From: an uncultured Candidatus Peribacteria bacterium
GTDB taxonomy: Bacteria; Patescibacteriota; Gracilibacteria; Peribacterales; Peribacteraceae
Assembly: GCA_964458645.1 (NCBI GenBank)
Contig: CAYWJU010000002.1
Coordinates: 67,033 to 131,032 of the forward strand
Length of the DNA: 64,000 nt
Direction of reading: 5' to 3'
The position numbers and the translations under genes were made by a program. Under the pieces are notes generated by a model. The model saw only the letters and a program-made list of their open reading frames with translations, searched no databases and was not told where the DNA came from. This document shows, one piece after another, positions 40,825 through 50,859 of the stretch (positions are counted from its first letter, which is position 1; each line of letters begins with the position of its first letter).

Positions 40825-42374
40825 GCCGCCGTCAGCCGGTCGTAGGTTCCTCGCAATGCTTTCAGCAGGCGAGAAGCCGAAGCGATAAGTGCGCGCTCCC
40901 GGGTGGAATGCTCATCGAGAATGGTCGCGACAGGAAGCACGGTCGCTTGTGGGACCAGTTCGGGGTAGGCAGCCGCCAAGCTGTTGCGGATGGCGCCGAC
41001 TTCCACGAAGCAGTGTCCGCCCACTGGAGCCGCGCCGCCGCTCGTTTCGGTTGTGGCGGCCAGTGCCGCTTGGATCAGCGGCGCATCCGGCGGCGTAAAG
41101 CACCCCGGCACGACCGGACCCGCTTCTATGTGCATGTTCGCTGTTCGCAAGATTCGCCGTATGGCCATGCCGTATTCGGTCAATGCTTCTTCGAGGTCAC
41201 CCCGGACGTAAATATCCATTTCCAGCGAAGGTGGCCCGTCGCCCAGCGGCACGATTTCCATTTTGCCCAAGTTGCTGGAAAGCGATGCTTGCATGCCGTG
41301 TGATGCAATCTCTGCCGCCCCATCCTGCACGTTCGTAAACATCCGCATCAGGTCATCGTGCACGCTCTTGCGCAGCGCCGCTTGCCGCGCAATCGGATGC
41401 ATCGTCAGTGCGCCTTCCTCCACGCTGGCACTTTCGCGCAGGTGCGCCGCGACCGCAGTGCGCCAGTTGTCATCGGCCGTATCTGGAATCCACACTGTGG
41501 CGTATGCAGCCTTCGGCCACGAGGATTTTCCTTCGCCGCCACCCATGTCGTTCAGCAAACGGGAGCCTGGAGGCAAGAGCGGCAATACTCCTTTGAATAA
41601 CGTCCGCGTAGCGCTGGGCGGGCGCAGGTGCGCAGTCAGTCCCGAGTGTCCGCCAGGATGTCCGCCGATATCCAGCCGGTACGTCTGCCCTCCCTCATAC
41701 GAAAAACCCTCGTCTTCGTACAATACCGTGGACGCGCGGATGTCCTGATACCCGGCGCAGTAGATGCCCACATGCCCTTCGGTGTTGCCGTCCAGGCTGA
41801 CGAGGTAGGGGATCGCTTTATCGATGCCGTGGTCCTTGGGATCGAAGTGGAGGGCCGGCTGATTGTCGGTTTCCTCGCGCGCCGTGAACAGCATTGTAAT
41901 TGGGCCATGGTCGCCAAGCTCCTCGAGCCCTTCTGCAAAGGCCATGCTCCCCGCCACGCCGAGACCATTGTCCGCCCCCAAGGTGGTGCGATCTGCCTGA
42001 ACATGCTCGCCGTCGGTCAGAAGCGTTATTCCATCGCGCGAAAAATCGTGCGCTTTGCCTGCATCCCGGATGCCCACCATGTCCATGTGCGATTGCAGTA
42101 GAAATCCCGGGGCGTTGCTTCGAGTACCCTTTCCTGGAAGATGTACGGACAGATTCCCGTGAGAGTCGGCGGTCACGCGTGCGTCGGGAAAACGCGCGGC
42201 CCACTTTGTCAGAAATGCCCGCACGCCGGCTTCGTTGCCGGACAACCGCGGGATGTCGCTGAGTTCCTGGAAAATTTTCCAGAGCCGCGCAGGAGAATGT
42301 TCTTCGGGTACGAACGTGCGTAGATCGGAGGTGTTCATAGCTCCGCACGATAAACTCTCGTTCCGCGAAGTCAA
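40821..42374 (-). CDS. M20-family dipeptidase (PepD/aminoacyl-histidine dipeptidase-like)
   Basis: LLQSHMDMVG, TLGADNGLGVA, MLFTAREETD. Confidence 0.8.
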   Translation of the reverse strand: MTSRNESLSCGAMNTSDLRTFVPEEHSPARLWKIFQELSDIPRLSGNEAGVRAFLTKWAARFPDARVTADSHGNLSVHLPGKGTRSNAPGFLLQSHMDMVGIRDAGKAHDFSRDGITLLTDGEHVQADRTTLGADNGLGVAGSMAFAEGLEELGDHGPITMLFTAREETDNQPALHFDPKDHGIDKAIPYLVSLDGNTEGHVGIYCAGYQDIRASTVLYEDEGFSYEGGQTYRLDIGGHPGGHSGLTAHLRPPSATRTLFKGVLPLLPPGSRLLNDMGGGEGKSSWPKAAYATVWIPDTADDNWRTAVAAHLRESASVEEGALTMHPIARQAALRKSVHDDLMRMFTNVQDGAAEIASHGMQASLSSNLGKMEIVPLGDGPPSLEMDIYVRGDLEEALTEYGMAIRRILRTANMHIEAGPVVPGCFTPPDAPLIQAALAATTETSGGAAPVGGHCFVEVGAIRNSLAAAYPELVPQATVLPVATILDEHSTRERALIASASRLLKALRGTYDRLTAA

Positions 42375-42396
42375 TGTCCGGGTTAGTCACTCCGTG

Positions 42397-43083
42397 TTAA
42401 TACGCCACGAAAAACTCAGTGGCTGGCCGTACAGAGACCGCTGCGCGGATGCACTGGTCATCCAGCGGCAGCACCTCGGCATGCGTCACCGGCATGCCGG
42501 ATTCTTCCAGCAATCCGCATAATCCGTCGACGTCGAAGCGCGTACGGGTACGGATGAACTCCGGATCACCTACCTTCTTTCGCCACAACGTTTCCTCGTT
42601 GGCCCGCAGTAATTCCACCAGCGGAAGGCGACCCTTCAGCATGTAATCGACGATCAGAAACTCTGCATCCGGGTGGGCATCGCGCAGTTTGCTCAATGTC
42701 ATACGCGCCTGTTCCGGCTCCAGCGAGCACAGCACGAATGCGATGCTGACAAGATTGATCTTGCCCCGGTCGTAGCCAAATGCCTCCTCTGGTCCGACAA
42801 TGCGGCTTTGTCCGCGCGGTTGGGCGATTGCCGTATACCGGTCGTACAGTGCCAGCGAGTCTCCCGGCAGCAATCGCTCTTCGATCAGCCCGCGCGACAA
42901 TCCGTCGCTCCCTGTGCCGAAATCCAGCGCGTGTACCGCTCCTTGGCTGGAGCGGATGTGGCTGATGCGGTGTTTATAGAGCCCCTGCATGCGCAAGAAC
43001 GCCTGCATGTGCCTCCCGTCGGTGTACACCTTGGTCAGGTCGTGGCCTTCGGGTGCGGGCGGGGGTGAATCGAGTCGGTCCAT
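42397..43083 (-). CDS. Class I SAM-dependent methyltransferase
   Basis: Motif I ALDFGTGSDG. Motif region INLVSIAFVLCSLEPEQ...FLIVDYM. The start was trimmed to ATG 43083. Confidence 0.75.
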   Translation of the reverse strand: MDRLDSPPPAPEGHDLTKVYTDGRHMQAFLRMQGLYKHRISHIRSSQGAVHALDFGTGSDGLSRGLIEERLLPGDSLALYDRYTAIAQPRGQSRIVGPEEAFGYDRGKINLVSIAFVLCSLEPEQARMTLSKLRDAHPDAEFLIVDYMLKGRLPLVELLRANEETLWRKKVGDPEFIRTRTRFDVDGLCGLLEESGMPVTHAEVLPLDDQCIRAAVSVRPATEFFVAY

Positions 43084-43085
43084 TG

Positions 43086-43808
43086 TCAGGTGGTAATGCC
43101 GACGCCTTCCAAATGTTTCTGACGCAGACGCAGCGGCATGGGCGCTTTGCTGATGTCCAACGACTCTTCGGTCCAGTCGGCATCCATGTCCGGCGTCCAC
43201 AAAGCCGCCGAACGGCTTCCGGCGACCAGTGCGCGTCCGGCCGGCAGCCGGTGGCCGCGTACCGATGCCATAGTGCCTTGCAACAGCGCGTACAGACTGT
43301 GGTAGGTGAACTGCAGGTGCTCCTCCAGGTAGATGTGCCAGCTCTTTTCGGCGATACGATTGCGTTCCAGGTCTGCCGTAAACAGCACGGCTGCTTCGGC
43401 TTGGGTCATATCCCGCATCGTGTAATCCGCAATCATAATCATGGCATGCGGGCAAGCATCTGCGATGTCCGCCAGGAAGTCGCTTCGGCGCTCTTCGGGC
43501 ACATCGTGGAGCACGTAGTTGACCAGCACGAGGCCGATGTCTTGCAACCGGTCCGCCGTCGTATCGCCAATGCCCTGCAGCCGGTTCACCACATCCTCAG
43601 GCTCGCACATGATGCCGATCGTCCGGCTTTGCTTCCGTGCCGTCAGCTTCAGTGCCCGGGCTCCCAGAGGACTGCGTTGCACGAAGTCCACGGCCAGGTT
43701 ATTGGGCGGCAAGAGCGTACGTGAATCCGATCGTTGAAACCTGTCGATGGTCCGCAGCATATCATCGGCTGCCTGCATGGACGTATCGGGAGTGGTCCGT
43801 ATTCCCAT
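43086..43808 (-). CDS. Methyltransferase-fold paralog with a degenerate SAM-binding loop
   Basis: IGLVLVNYVLHDVPEERRSDFLADIADACPHAMIMIADYTM parallels the downstream paralog, but no GxGxG motif is present. TGcTAGACT box lies 8 nt upstream of the ATG. Confidence 0.55.
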   Translation of the reverse strand: MGIRTTPDTSMQAADDMLRTIDRFQRSDSRTLLPPNNLAVDFVQRSPLGARALKLTARKQSRTIGIMCEPEDVVNRLQGIGDTTADRLQDIGLVLVNYVLHDVPEERRSDFLADIADACPHAMIMIADYTMRDMTQAEAAVLFTADLERNRIAEKSWHIYLEEHLQFTYHSLYALLQGTMASVRGHRLPAGRALVAGSRSAALWTPDMDADWTEESLDISKAPMPLRLRQKHLEGVGITT

Positions 43809-43816
43809 AGTTGCAA

Positions 43817-43825
43817 AGTCTAGCA
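43817..43825 (-). promoter_or_regulatory. Extended -10 TGcTAGACT, 8 nt upstream of ATG 43808
   Basis: Sequence match on the minus strand. Confidence 0.45.
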
Positions 43826-43928
43826 GGCTAGCGTACGAAAGCTAATTATTGAGAAATATCATCCAAACAACCGCTCTTACATGTATACAAAAAGAGATCA
43901 AACATTTTGTTATAAATAAGGGCTAAAT

Positions 43929-44312
43929 TTAGTTTGATCCCAATTTTTCTGATTGGCGTAAAAGATGAATGGCACGCGATCGAGCCCTTCTTTCAGCCTC
44001 AAAAAGACGGTGCAGCAGTGGGCCTGCCTTCGGGTGACGGTCCAGCAGTCCATCCAGCCGCATAAGAAGGATCATGGAGCGGCCTCGTTCACCTTTCTCA
44101 AATGCCGTAGGGTCGAAGGCGTCGTCATGTTCTTCCATCAGCGCAAAAGCTTCGGCCAGCGTGCCATCGTCATGCCGGTGTTCCTGGAGGAAGCGGCGCA
44201 GTTCATCGGCGATCACCACGGACATATCGTTACAGCGCTCGATGCTCATCTGAACAACCAAGGAATGGAGAGGTGGTTCTGCTTCGGAGCTATGCGGCGA
44301 TTCAGGGCTCAT
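43929..44312 (-). CDS. Hypothetical acidic protein
   Basis: 127-aa ORF with no recognisable motif. Confidence 0.45.
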   Translation of the reverse strand: MSPESPHSSEAEPPLHSLVVQMSIERCNDMSVVIADELRRFLQEHRHDDGTLAEAFALMEEHDDAFDPTAFEKGERGRSMILLMRLDGLLDRHPKAGPLLHRLFEAERRARSRAIHLLRQSEKLGSN

Positions 44313-44503
44313 GGGATGGTTGGTCGTTACATGGAGGCTCGATACGGTAGCGGATCATTTTATCGCTGCAAAGCAGGCTTTCGGGTGCCTTCAGTATCGT
44401 CAGCCGGAAGCCGGCTGCAACCTTTTGGTCCGGCCAAGCGGGGTTCATGGCGAAGACCGGCTGACGCATTGCGTTTGCCCGAGTCTTCGATCATGCTCAC
44501 TCC

Positions 44504-45943
44504 GTGTCCAAACTCCATCCATTCGATCGGTATTCGCCGGTCACCGACGTCGTCGAACTCAAGCGAATGAGTGACTTGCCGTTGCGAAAATCAAAGCGTG
44601 TTAACACGCTGAAATCGAGTGTGGAGGACTTTAAAATTTGGGCCGGCACTAAACAGTGGAAGCTTGAGCCGGTGCCCTGGTGCAACGAGGCGTTCTATGT
44701 GGACCGCGAAAACCGCGACGAGGCACTTGGGAAAGATCTTCTCCATGTGCTCGGCCATACCTACATGCAGGAGGCGGCCAGTATGTTGCCAGTGGCACTG
44801 CTCGATCCCCAGCCTGGTGAGGTCATTCTAGATATGAGCTCGGCACCGGGCAGTAAGACCACCCAAATCGCCGCCAAGTTACAGAACAGGGGAGTGATCG
44901 TCGCCAACGACGTCCAAGAGAAGCGCATGTGGGCGCTGGCGTCCAACCTGCAGCGTAGCGGTGTGATGAACGTGGTGGTCACCAAGAAGGTCGGCCAGTG
45001 GTTCGCGCGCAGCATGACCGAACGCTTCGATCGCGTACTGTGCGATGCGCCATGCACCGCCCAAGGCACCGCCCGGAAGGATTCCGATGCACTGATGTAC
45101 TGTTCCGATGACAACATCGGCAAGATGGCTCGGCTCCAATTGGAGCTGCTTGAATCAGCCATTCATGCTACCAAAGTCGGTGGTCGAATCGTCTACTCAA
45201 CTTGTACGTTAACACCTGAAGAAAACGAGACTGTATTGGGCTTAATAATGAACAAATTTAGTGATCAATTAACGATTATTGATCCAACACCCGGCCTTGG
45301 GTTTGACTTGAGCAAGGCGCGCGAGGAATCCAAGCGCGTTCAGGATTGGATTCAGACCAAGCAGCAGTTCCCGGCGTTCCGCCTGTGGCCGCAAACCTAC
45401 GACACCGAAGGCTTCTTTGCTGCAGTCTTGGAGAAGCGTGCACCGACTCGCCATGCTGAAAGAATCGAAGGACCCTTTCCCAAGCTAGATATTCTTCCCA
45501 AGGCACGCCGTAAGGAGTGGATCGATGCAAACCAAGATTGGTACGGAGCCCCATTTGTAGAGGAAAACGAGGTTCTCTTCAGTAAGAAGGAAAACTTACA
45601 CATTATTACCCAGGAGGCGGCTGATTTCGCCATTCCGACCATGGCGTACATGGCAGGGTTGCCGTTCGGCAAGCAGACAGAACATGGCCTGGCACGCATG
45701 TCACATGAGATGGCAACTTTGCGTGGAGCTAGGGCTCGCGAGCATATTTTGCACCTGAATGAAGAACAGCGGAAGCATGCTCTTTCCGGTCGCGACATTC
45801 CCTACGATAATCCCGGTCATGGCGACCTCTTGTTGTCCATAGATCACCCTGCCGGGAAGCCCTTACTCTTAGGCAGGGGAATGCTTATGAAAGGCAGGAT
45901 TCTGAATCGTTTGCCGAGAGAGATTGTGAGGATGTTCAGTTAA
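44504..45943 (+). CDS. NOL1/NOP2/Sun-family rRNA cytosine-C5 methyltransferase (RsmB/RsmF-like)
   Basis: LDMSSAPGSKTTQIA, FDRVLCDAPCTAQGTARKD, GGRIVYSTCTLTPEENE. The ORF-track start is GTG; ATG 44567 is an alternative. Confidence 0.85.
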   Translation: MSKLHPFDRYSPVTDVVELKRMSDLPLRKSKRVNTLKSSVEDFKIWAGTKQWKLEPVPWCNEAFYVDRENRDEALGKDLLHVLGHTYMQEAASMLPVALLDPQPGEVILDMSSAPGSKTTQIAAKLQNRGVIVANDVQEKRMWALASNLQRSGVMNVVVTKKVGQWFARSMTERFDRVLCDAPCTAQGTARKDSDALMYCSDDNIGKMARLQLELLESAIHATKVGGRIVYSTCTLTPEENETVLGLIMNKFSDQLTIIDPTPGLGFDLSKAREESKRVQDWIQTKQQFPAFRLWPQTYDTEGFFAAVLEKRAPTRHAERIEGPFPKLDILPKARRKEWIDANQDWYGAPFVEENEVLFSKKENLHIITQEAADFAIPTMAYMAGLPFGKQTEHGLARMSHEMATLRGARAREHILHLNEEQRKHALSGRDIPYDNPGHGDLLLSIDHPAGKPLLLGRGMLMKGRILNRLPREIVRMFS

Positions 45944-45994
45944 GCATTCCAGGCATTTCAACAGGTCCAAGGGGTGCAAGGGAAAATATTAATC

Positions 45995-46033
45995 GTTGGA
46001 CTCCTCGGACTCTTCGGTTTCTTCGGACTCCTG
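45995..46033. repeat. GGANTCC-unit array (locus 6), fused to the dnaG -10 box
   Basis: GACTC at 45999, 46008 and 46026. Four tandem 9-mers TYGGWYTCY. Confidence 0.7.
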
Positions 46034-46039
46034 TATACT
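46034..46039 (+). promoter_or_regulatory. -10 box TATACT, 9 nt upstream of dnaG ATG 46049
   Basis: Sequence match. Confidence 0.5.
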
Positions 46040-46048
46040 CACTCTCCC

Positions 46049-47809
46049 ATGGACGCAAAAGACGACATCCGCGCACGGCTCCCGATCGAACAACTTGTCG
46101 CACAGTATTGTCAGCTACAGAAAAAAGGTCGCAATTACGTCTGTTTGTGTCCGTTCCATAACGACAAGAAGCCCAGCTTATTGGTATCGCCGGACAAGGG
46201 AATCGCGTACTGCTTTGCTTGCCAGAGCGGTGGCGACATCTTCTCCTTTACGCAGCGCATCGAAGGCGTCGATTTTCCGACCGCTCTTCGTATGTTGGCC
46301 GAAAAGACCGGCGTCGAGTTGCCCAAAGATAGGGCACGAGACACTGCACCAAGAATCGAGAAAGATGCAAAGGAGCGCATGAGGGACTGTCTCCAGAAGG
46401 CCTCTGAGTTTTATCAGGAGAAACTGAAGGCTGTACCGGCTGCATTCGAGTATGTACAGAGGCGTGGCGTTACAGAAGAGTTGCTGCAAACATTCGGTAT
46501 CGGCTACGCGCCAGATTCTTTTTCCGAAACATATGATCATTTATTGAAGGCTGGCTTCAGTCGTTCGGAAATTGTTGGTGCGGGACTTGGCATTCAAAAA
46601 GAATTGTCCGAAGAACGTATCTACGACCGTTTCCGCCACCGCATCATGTTCCCGATCGGTGACGCGCAGGGTCATATTATCGGCTTTGGCGGTCGCACTA
46701 TGGGCGACGCCGATGCGAAGTATGTGAATAGCCCCGATGGACCGCTGTATCACAAATCCACCGTGTTGTACGGATTGTTCCAGGCTCGCGATGCCATACG
46801 ACAGTCGCGCAATGTGCTTCTTGTGGAGGGCTACTTCGATGTCGTCGCTGCACACAAGGCCGGCGTGAAAAACGTCGTCGCCGTCAGCGGAACCGCGCTC
46901 ACCGAGGATCATGTGCGGTTGCTCAAGCGCTACGCCGATTCAGTCATCCTGTGCTTGGATCAAGATCGTGCCGGACGGCAGGCTGCTGACCGTGCGTTCC
47001 AGCTGCTGAGCAAGGCGCATACTCGCGTGCAGTCGGTTGCTATACCGTCCAAGGACCCTGACGAGCTTGTGCAGAAAGATGCAGCACTCTTCGCCACGAT
47101 TGTTGCAACCGCGGCGGTCGAATATGTGGAAGGCGTCATTGAGCAAATGCGAACCATGCCCGATATCTTGGAACCCAAAGGCCGCCTGCGGATTACCGAA
47201 ACGCTCTTTCCATTGCTTGGAGCAGTCCCGACGTCGGTGGAGCTGCGCTCCTATTTGGAAAAAATGACTGTGGCCTTCGGCATGCGTATTTCCGAAATAG
47301 AGGCCGACTTCCGCGCTTGGCGTGCCGGTGCAGAAACCCCCAGTCGCAAAGCCGAAGTCGTTGCCATTGCAGAGCAGACGCCGTTCAAGCGCATCCAGCT
47401 GTGCATCGGCCTTGCGATCGTGTACCCGCGTACGCGACCCATGCTTGCCGAGCTCATTCCACCCGACGAAGAAGATTGGAATCGCATTCGAGTGGCGTTG
47501 TCGACTGCGGATGCAAAGCTGTCCATCGAGGATATCCTCACTCTTGCCCAAGCCGATGGCGCCCTGAAAGAGCAGGTCGGCGTGCTGACCATGTACTGCG
47601 AAGAGAACTTCGCTCTGTGGGCAGAGGCAGTCGCCGTGCGTGAGATGAAAAAATTGTGCACCGCTACCAATCGCGAGTTGATGATCCGCAAGCAAAACGA
47701 AATCGTTACTGAACTGAAGGAAGCGCGTAAATCCGGCCGCGCAGACGAAGAAGTGCGCCTCCTGACGAAGTACCAGCAGGTGTTGAAGTTATCCAAAATG
47801 GCAGGTTGA
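46049..47809 (+). CDS. dnaG: DNA primase
   Basis: Zinc finger CLCPFHNDKKPSLLVSPDKGIAYCFACQSGGD. RNA polymerase core. TOPRIM LLVEGYFDV...LDQDRAG. The ORF-track N-terminal extension is a translation of the repeat array. Confidence 0.93.
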   Translation: MDAKDDIRARLPIEQLVAQYCQLQKKGRNYVCLCPFHNDKKPSLLVSPDKGIAYCFACQSGGDIFSFTQRIEGVDFPTALRMLAEKTGVELPKDRARDTAPRIEKDAKERMRDCLQKASEFYQEKLKAVPAAFEYVQRRGVTEELLQTFGIGYAPDSFSETYDHLLKAGFSRSEIVGAGLGIQKELSEERIYDRFRHRIMFPIGDAQGHIIGFGGRTMGDADAKYVNSPDGPLYHKSTVLYGLFQARDAIRQSRNVLLVEGYFDVVAAHKAGVKNVVAVSGTALTEDHVRLLKRYADSVILCLDQDRAGRQAADRAFQLLSKAHTRVQSVAIPSKDPDELVQKDAALFATIVATAAVEYVEGVIEQMRTMPDILEPKGRLRITETLFPLLGAVPTSVELRSYLEKMTVAFGMRISEIEADFRAWRAGAETPSRKAEVVAIAEQTPFKRIQLCIGLAIVYPRTRPMLAELIPPDEEDWNRIRVALSTADAKLSIEDILTLAQADGALKEQVGVLTMYCEENFALWAEAVAVREMKKLCTATNRELMIRKQNEIVTELKEARKSGRADEEVRLLTKYQQVLKLSKMAG

Positions 47810-48029
47810 TCATTACTCGAATACGGATGCCGTGCTGCGTAGCCAGCCAATTTCGTAAGGCTTCTTGTCATGGTTCTGTTGCTGCCAGAGCCGAATGACG
47901 GCTTGTACTGCCGCCGATTGCGCGGCCTTCTGACTAGGCAGTGCATCTGCAGGAAACCTTGCGACGCTTCACTTGGACTTCTCGGCTTGCAACAGACAAG
48001 CTCTGCCTCTATCCTCTGACCCCGTATCT

Positions 48030-49424
<1,395 letters not shown>

Positions 49425-49427
49425 TCC

Positions 49428-50372
49428 TTGCCGCGTATGCTGCAGTCCACTGGTGCATTGCTAAGTGAAACGTGGAGCTTTTTGCTTGTCCGATGGAAGT
49501 CCGTCGGCATTGCCCTGATTGCATTCACCATGCTCTTGGCGGTGAACCAGGCATTTTTTGCACGGCAGCTCGATGCCAACATTGCCGGCATTCTTACGCG
49601 CACAGGGCTGACCAGCGAGCAATTTGAAACACAGCTGGTCGACTTGCTGCAGACGGGAGCCCCGGCCGATGAAGTCGATCGGATTTTGGAGGCGCTCCGT
49701 CAGAGTATGGCAAGCGGCGTTTCGGCTGAGCAGTACGGATTTACGCCTACCGCCAGCAATGCTGGGCTGTATTTTGTCATCACTTCCATGCCGTTGGTCT
49801 TTGCACTCATGCTTATTGCCGCCGTAATCCTTGCGGTGTCGGCAGTGTTTTTCATGCTGTTGTCGGTGCAAGACGGACGTGGGCCGGAAGATGCAGCACG
49901 TCAATTGCCTGGGAAAATCATGGCCATGTCGTTGTTGCTGCCCTGGATTTTCTTTCGGTCGTTTGCCTGGTTTCCCATTCTTGTGATTCTCTTGGTGGCC
50001 TTTGCCCTGCCTCCGGTCGCGTTCTTACCGGCTTGCTTCGTTGGCTTGCTCGCGGCCGTCACATTGACATCCCGGTACATGCTTGCGCCGGTATTGCTGC
50101 TTGGCGGCCAGAATGGAGTGCTGAAAAGTGCTTCCATTAGCCGTGCAAAGACGAAAGGATTCATCCTGGCAATCCTTGGTTCAAGAATCACATTGGCGCT
50201 GTTTCTTATCATCGTTATTTGGTTGGCCTCGGGCTTGGTTCAAGTGTTGTCATCGGTGGTACCCAAGGCCGGTTTCCTTGTTTGGTTGTTTACGCTGGAG
50301 GTCAGCGTTGCGTTTGCAGCGGTTTTTCATGTGCGGTTGGCGAGGGCGGTAATGTTGAAGAATAGGGCGTAG
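49428..50372 (+). CDS. Hypothetical multi-pass membrane protein
   Basis: Six or more hydrophobic helices. TTG start 4 nt after the rpoD stop, with an alternative ATG at 49437. Confidence 0.6.
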   Translation: MPRMLQSTGALLSETWSFLLVRWKSVGIALIAFTMLLAVNQAFFARQLDANIAGILTRTGLTSEQFETQLVDLLQTGAPADEVDRILEALRQSMASGVSAEQYGFTPTASNAGLYFVITSMPLVFALMLIAAVILAVSAVFFMLLSVQDGRGPEDAARQLPGKIMAMSLLLPWIFFRSFAWFPILVILLVAFALPPVAFLPACFVGLLAAVTLTSRYMLAPVLLLGGQNGVLKSASISRAKTKGFILAILGSRITLALFLIIVIWLASGLVQVLSSVVPKAGFLVWLFTLEVSVAFAAVFHVRLARAVMLKNRA

Positions 50373-50424
50373 TTGGGTGATGAATCGGAATCGGATCATG
50401 GGAAGAGTCTATTTAATTTCCATT

Positions 50425-50557
50425 GTCCCTTTTTGTCCGAGCGACAAAAAGGAACCAAAAAACGTGTGTGCGCTGAGCGCCCACGGCCGCTGCGGCGGCC
50501 AGACCGCAGGCCCCCGCGCGCAGCGCACACCACCCCTTTGGTGGCTTGAGCACTCGC
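50425..50557 (-). repeat. Structured repeat element, copy 2 (inverted relative to copy 1)
   Basis: The reverse complement aligns with 22673-22792. It carries an extra internal hairpin CTGCGG...CCGCAG. Confidence 0.7.
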
Positions 50558-50842
50558 GCCTTTGGTTCTTCTCGCTCACGTCTTCTCAGGGCCCGTAGTA
50601 CGGCAGAACCCTCGGCCGTTTCAAAGAGCTGATTCCTCACGCACAAGAAGCAGCCAGACGACAACGTCCATTCGGTTACGCATGGAGGGTAAGGGAGGTT
50701 CGGAGGGCCAAGGGAATCCCAAGGGGACTGCGCATCAAGCCTCTCGCTTCGCTCAAGTGCTTGCTGCTGGGAGCTGTGCTAGGTTCCCTGGTCCTCCGAG
50801 GAAGAATCTTTGGCAGCTTCAACAATGGATTGGCCAATGAAA

Positions 50843-50851
50843 TGCTATGAT
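50843..50851 (+). promoter_or_regulatory. Extended -10 TGcTATGAT, 8 nt upstream of ATG 50860
   Basis: Sequence match. Confidence 0.5.
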
Positions 50852-50859
50852 CATCTCCG

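Noticed and set aside
45974-46048. N-terminal extensions offered by the ORF track: dnaG from 45974; ORF 26698-27285; RlpA-like gene from 22526; RR from 6767; rdgB from 55702; MTase from 43455; giant gene from 6013.
   Set aside because: The extensions translate repeat arrays or structured elements, overlap upstream genes, or start upstream of a well-placed -10 box. The conserved protein N-termini begin at the downstream ATGs.
47810-48029. ORF 47251-47946(-) or another small gene in the dnaG-rpoD spacer.
   Set aside because: It overlaps the 3-prime end of dnaG in antisense and has an R/S-rich composition with no motif. The spacer more likely holds the rpoD promoter region, including a partial GGACTTCTCGG unit at about 47975.
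50562-50840. 92-aa ORF in the gap upstream of the helicase gene, and the [10 protein letters not shown]-containing ORFs across both repeat copies (22559-22798 and 50377-50598).
   Set aside because: The shared peptide comes from translating the conserved hairpin DNA in both copies. The ORFs differ in length and frame outside the repeat and are low-complexity.
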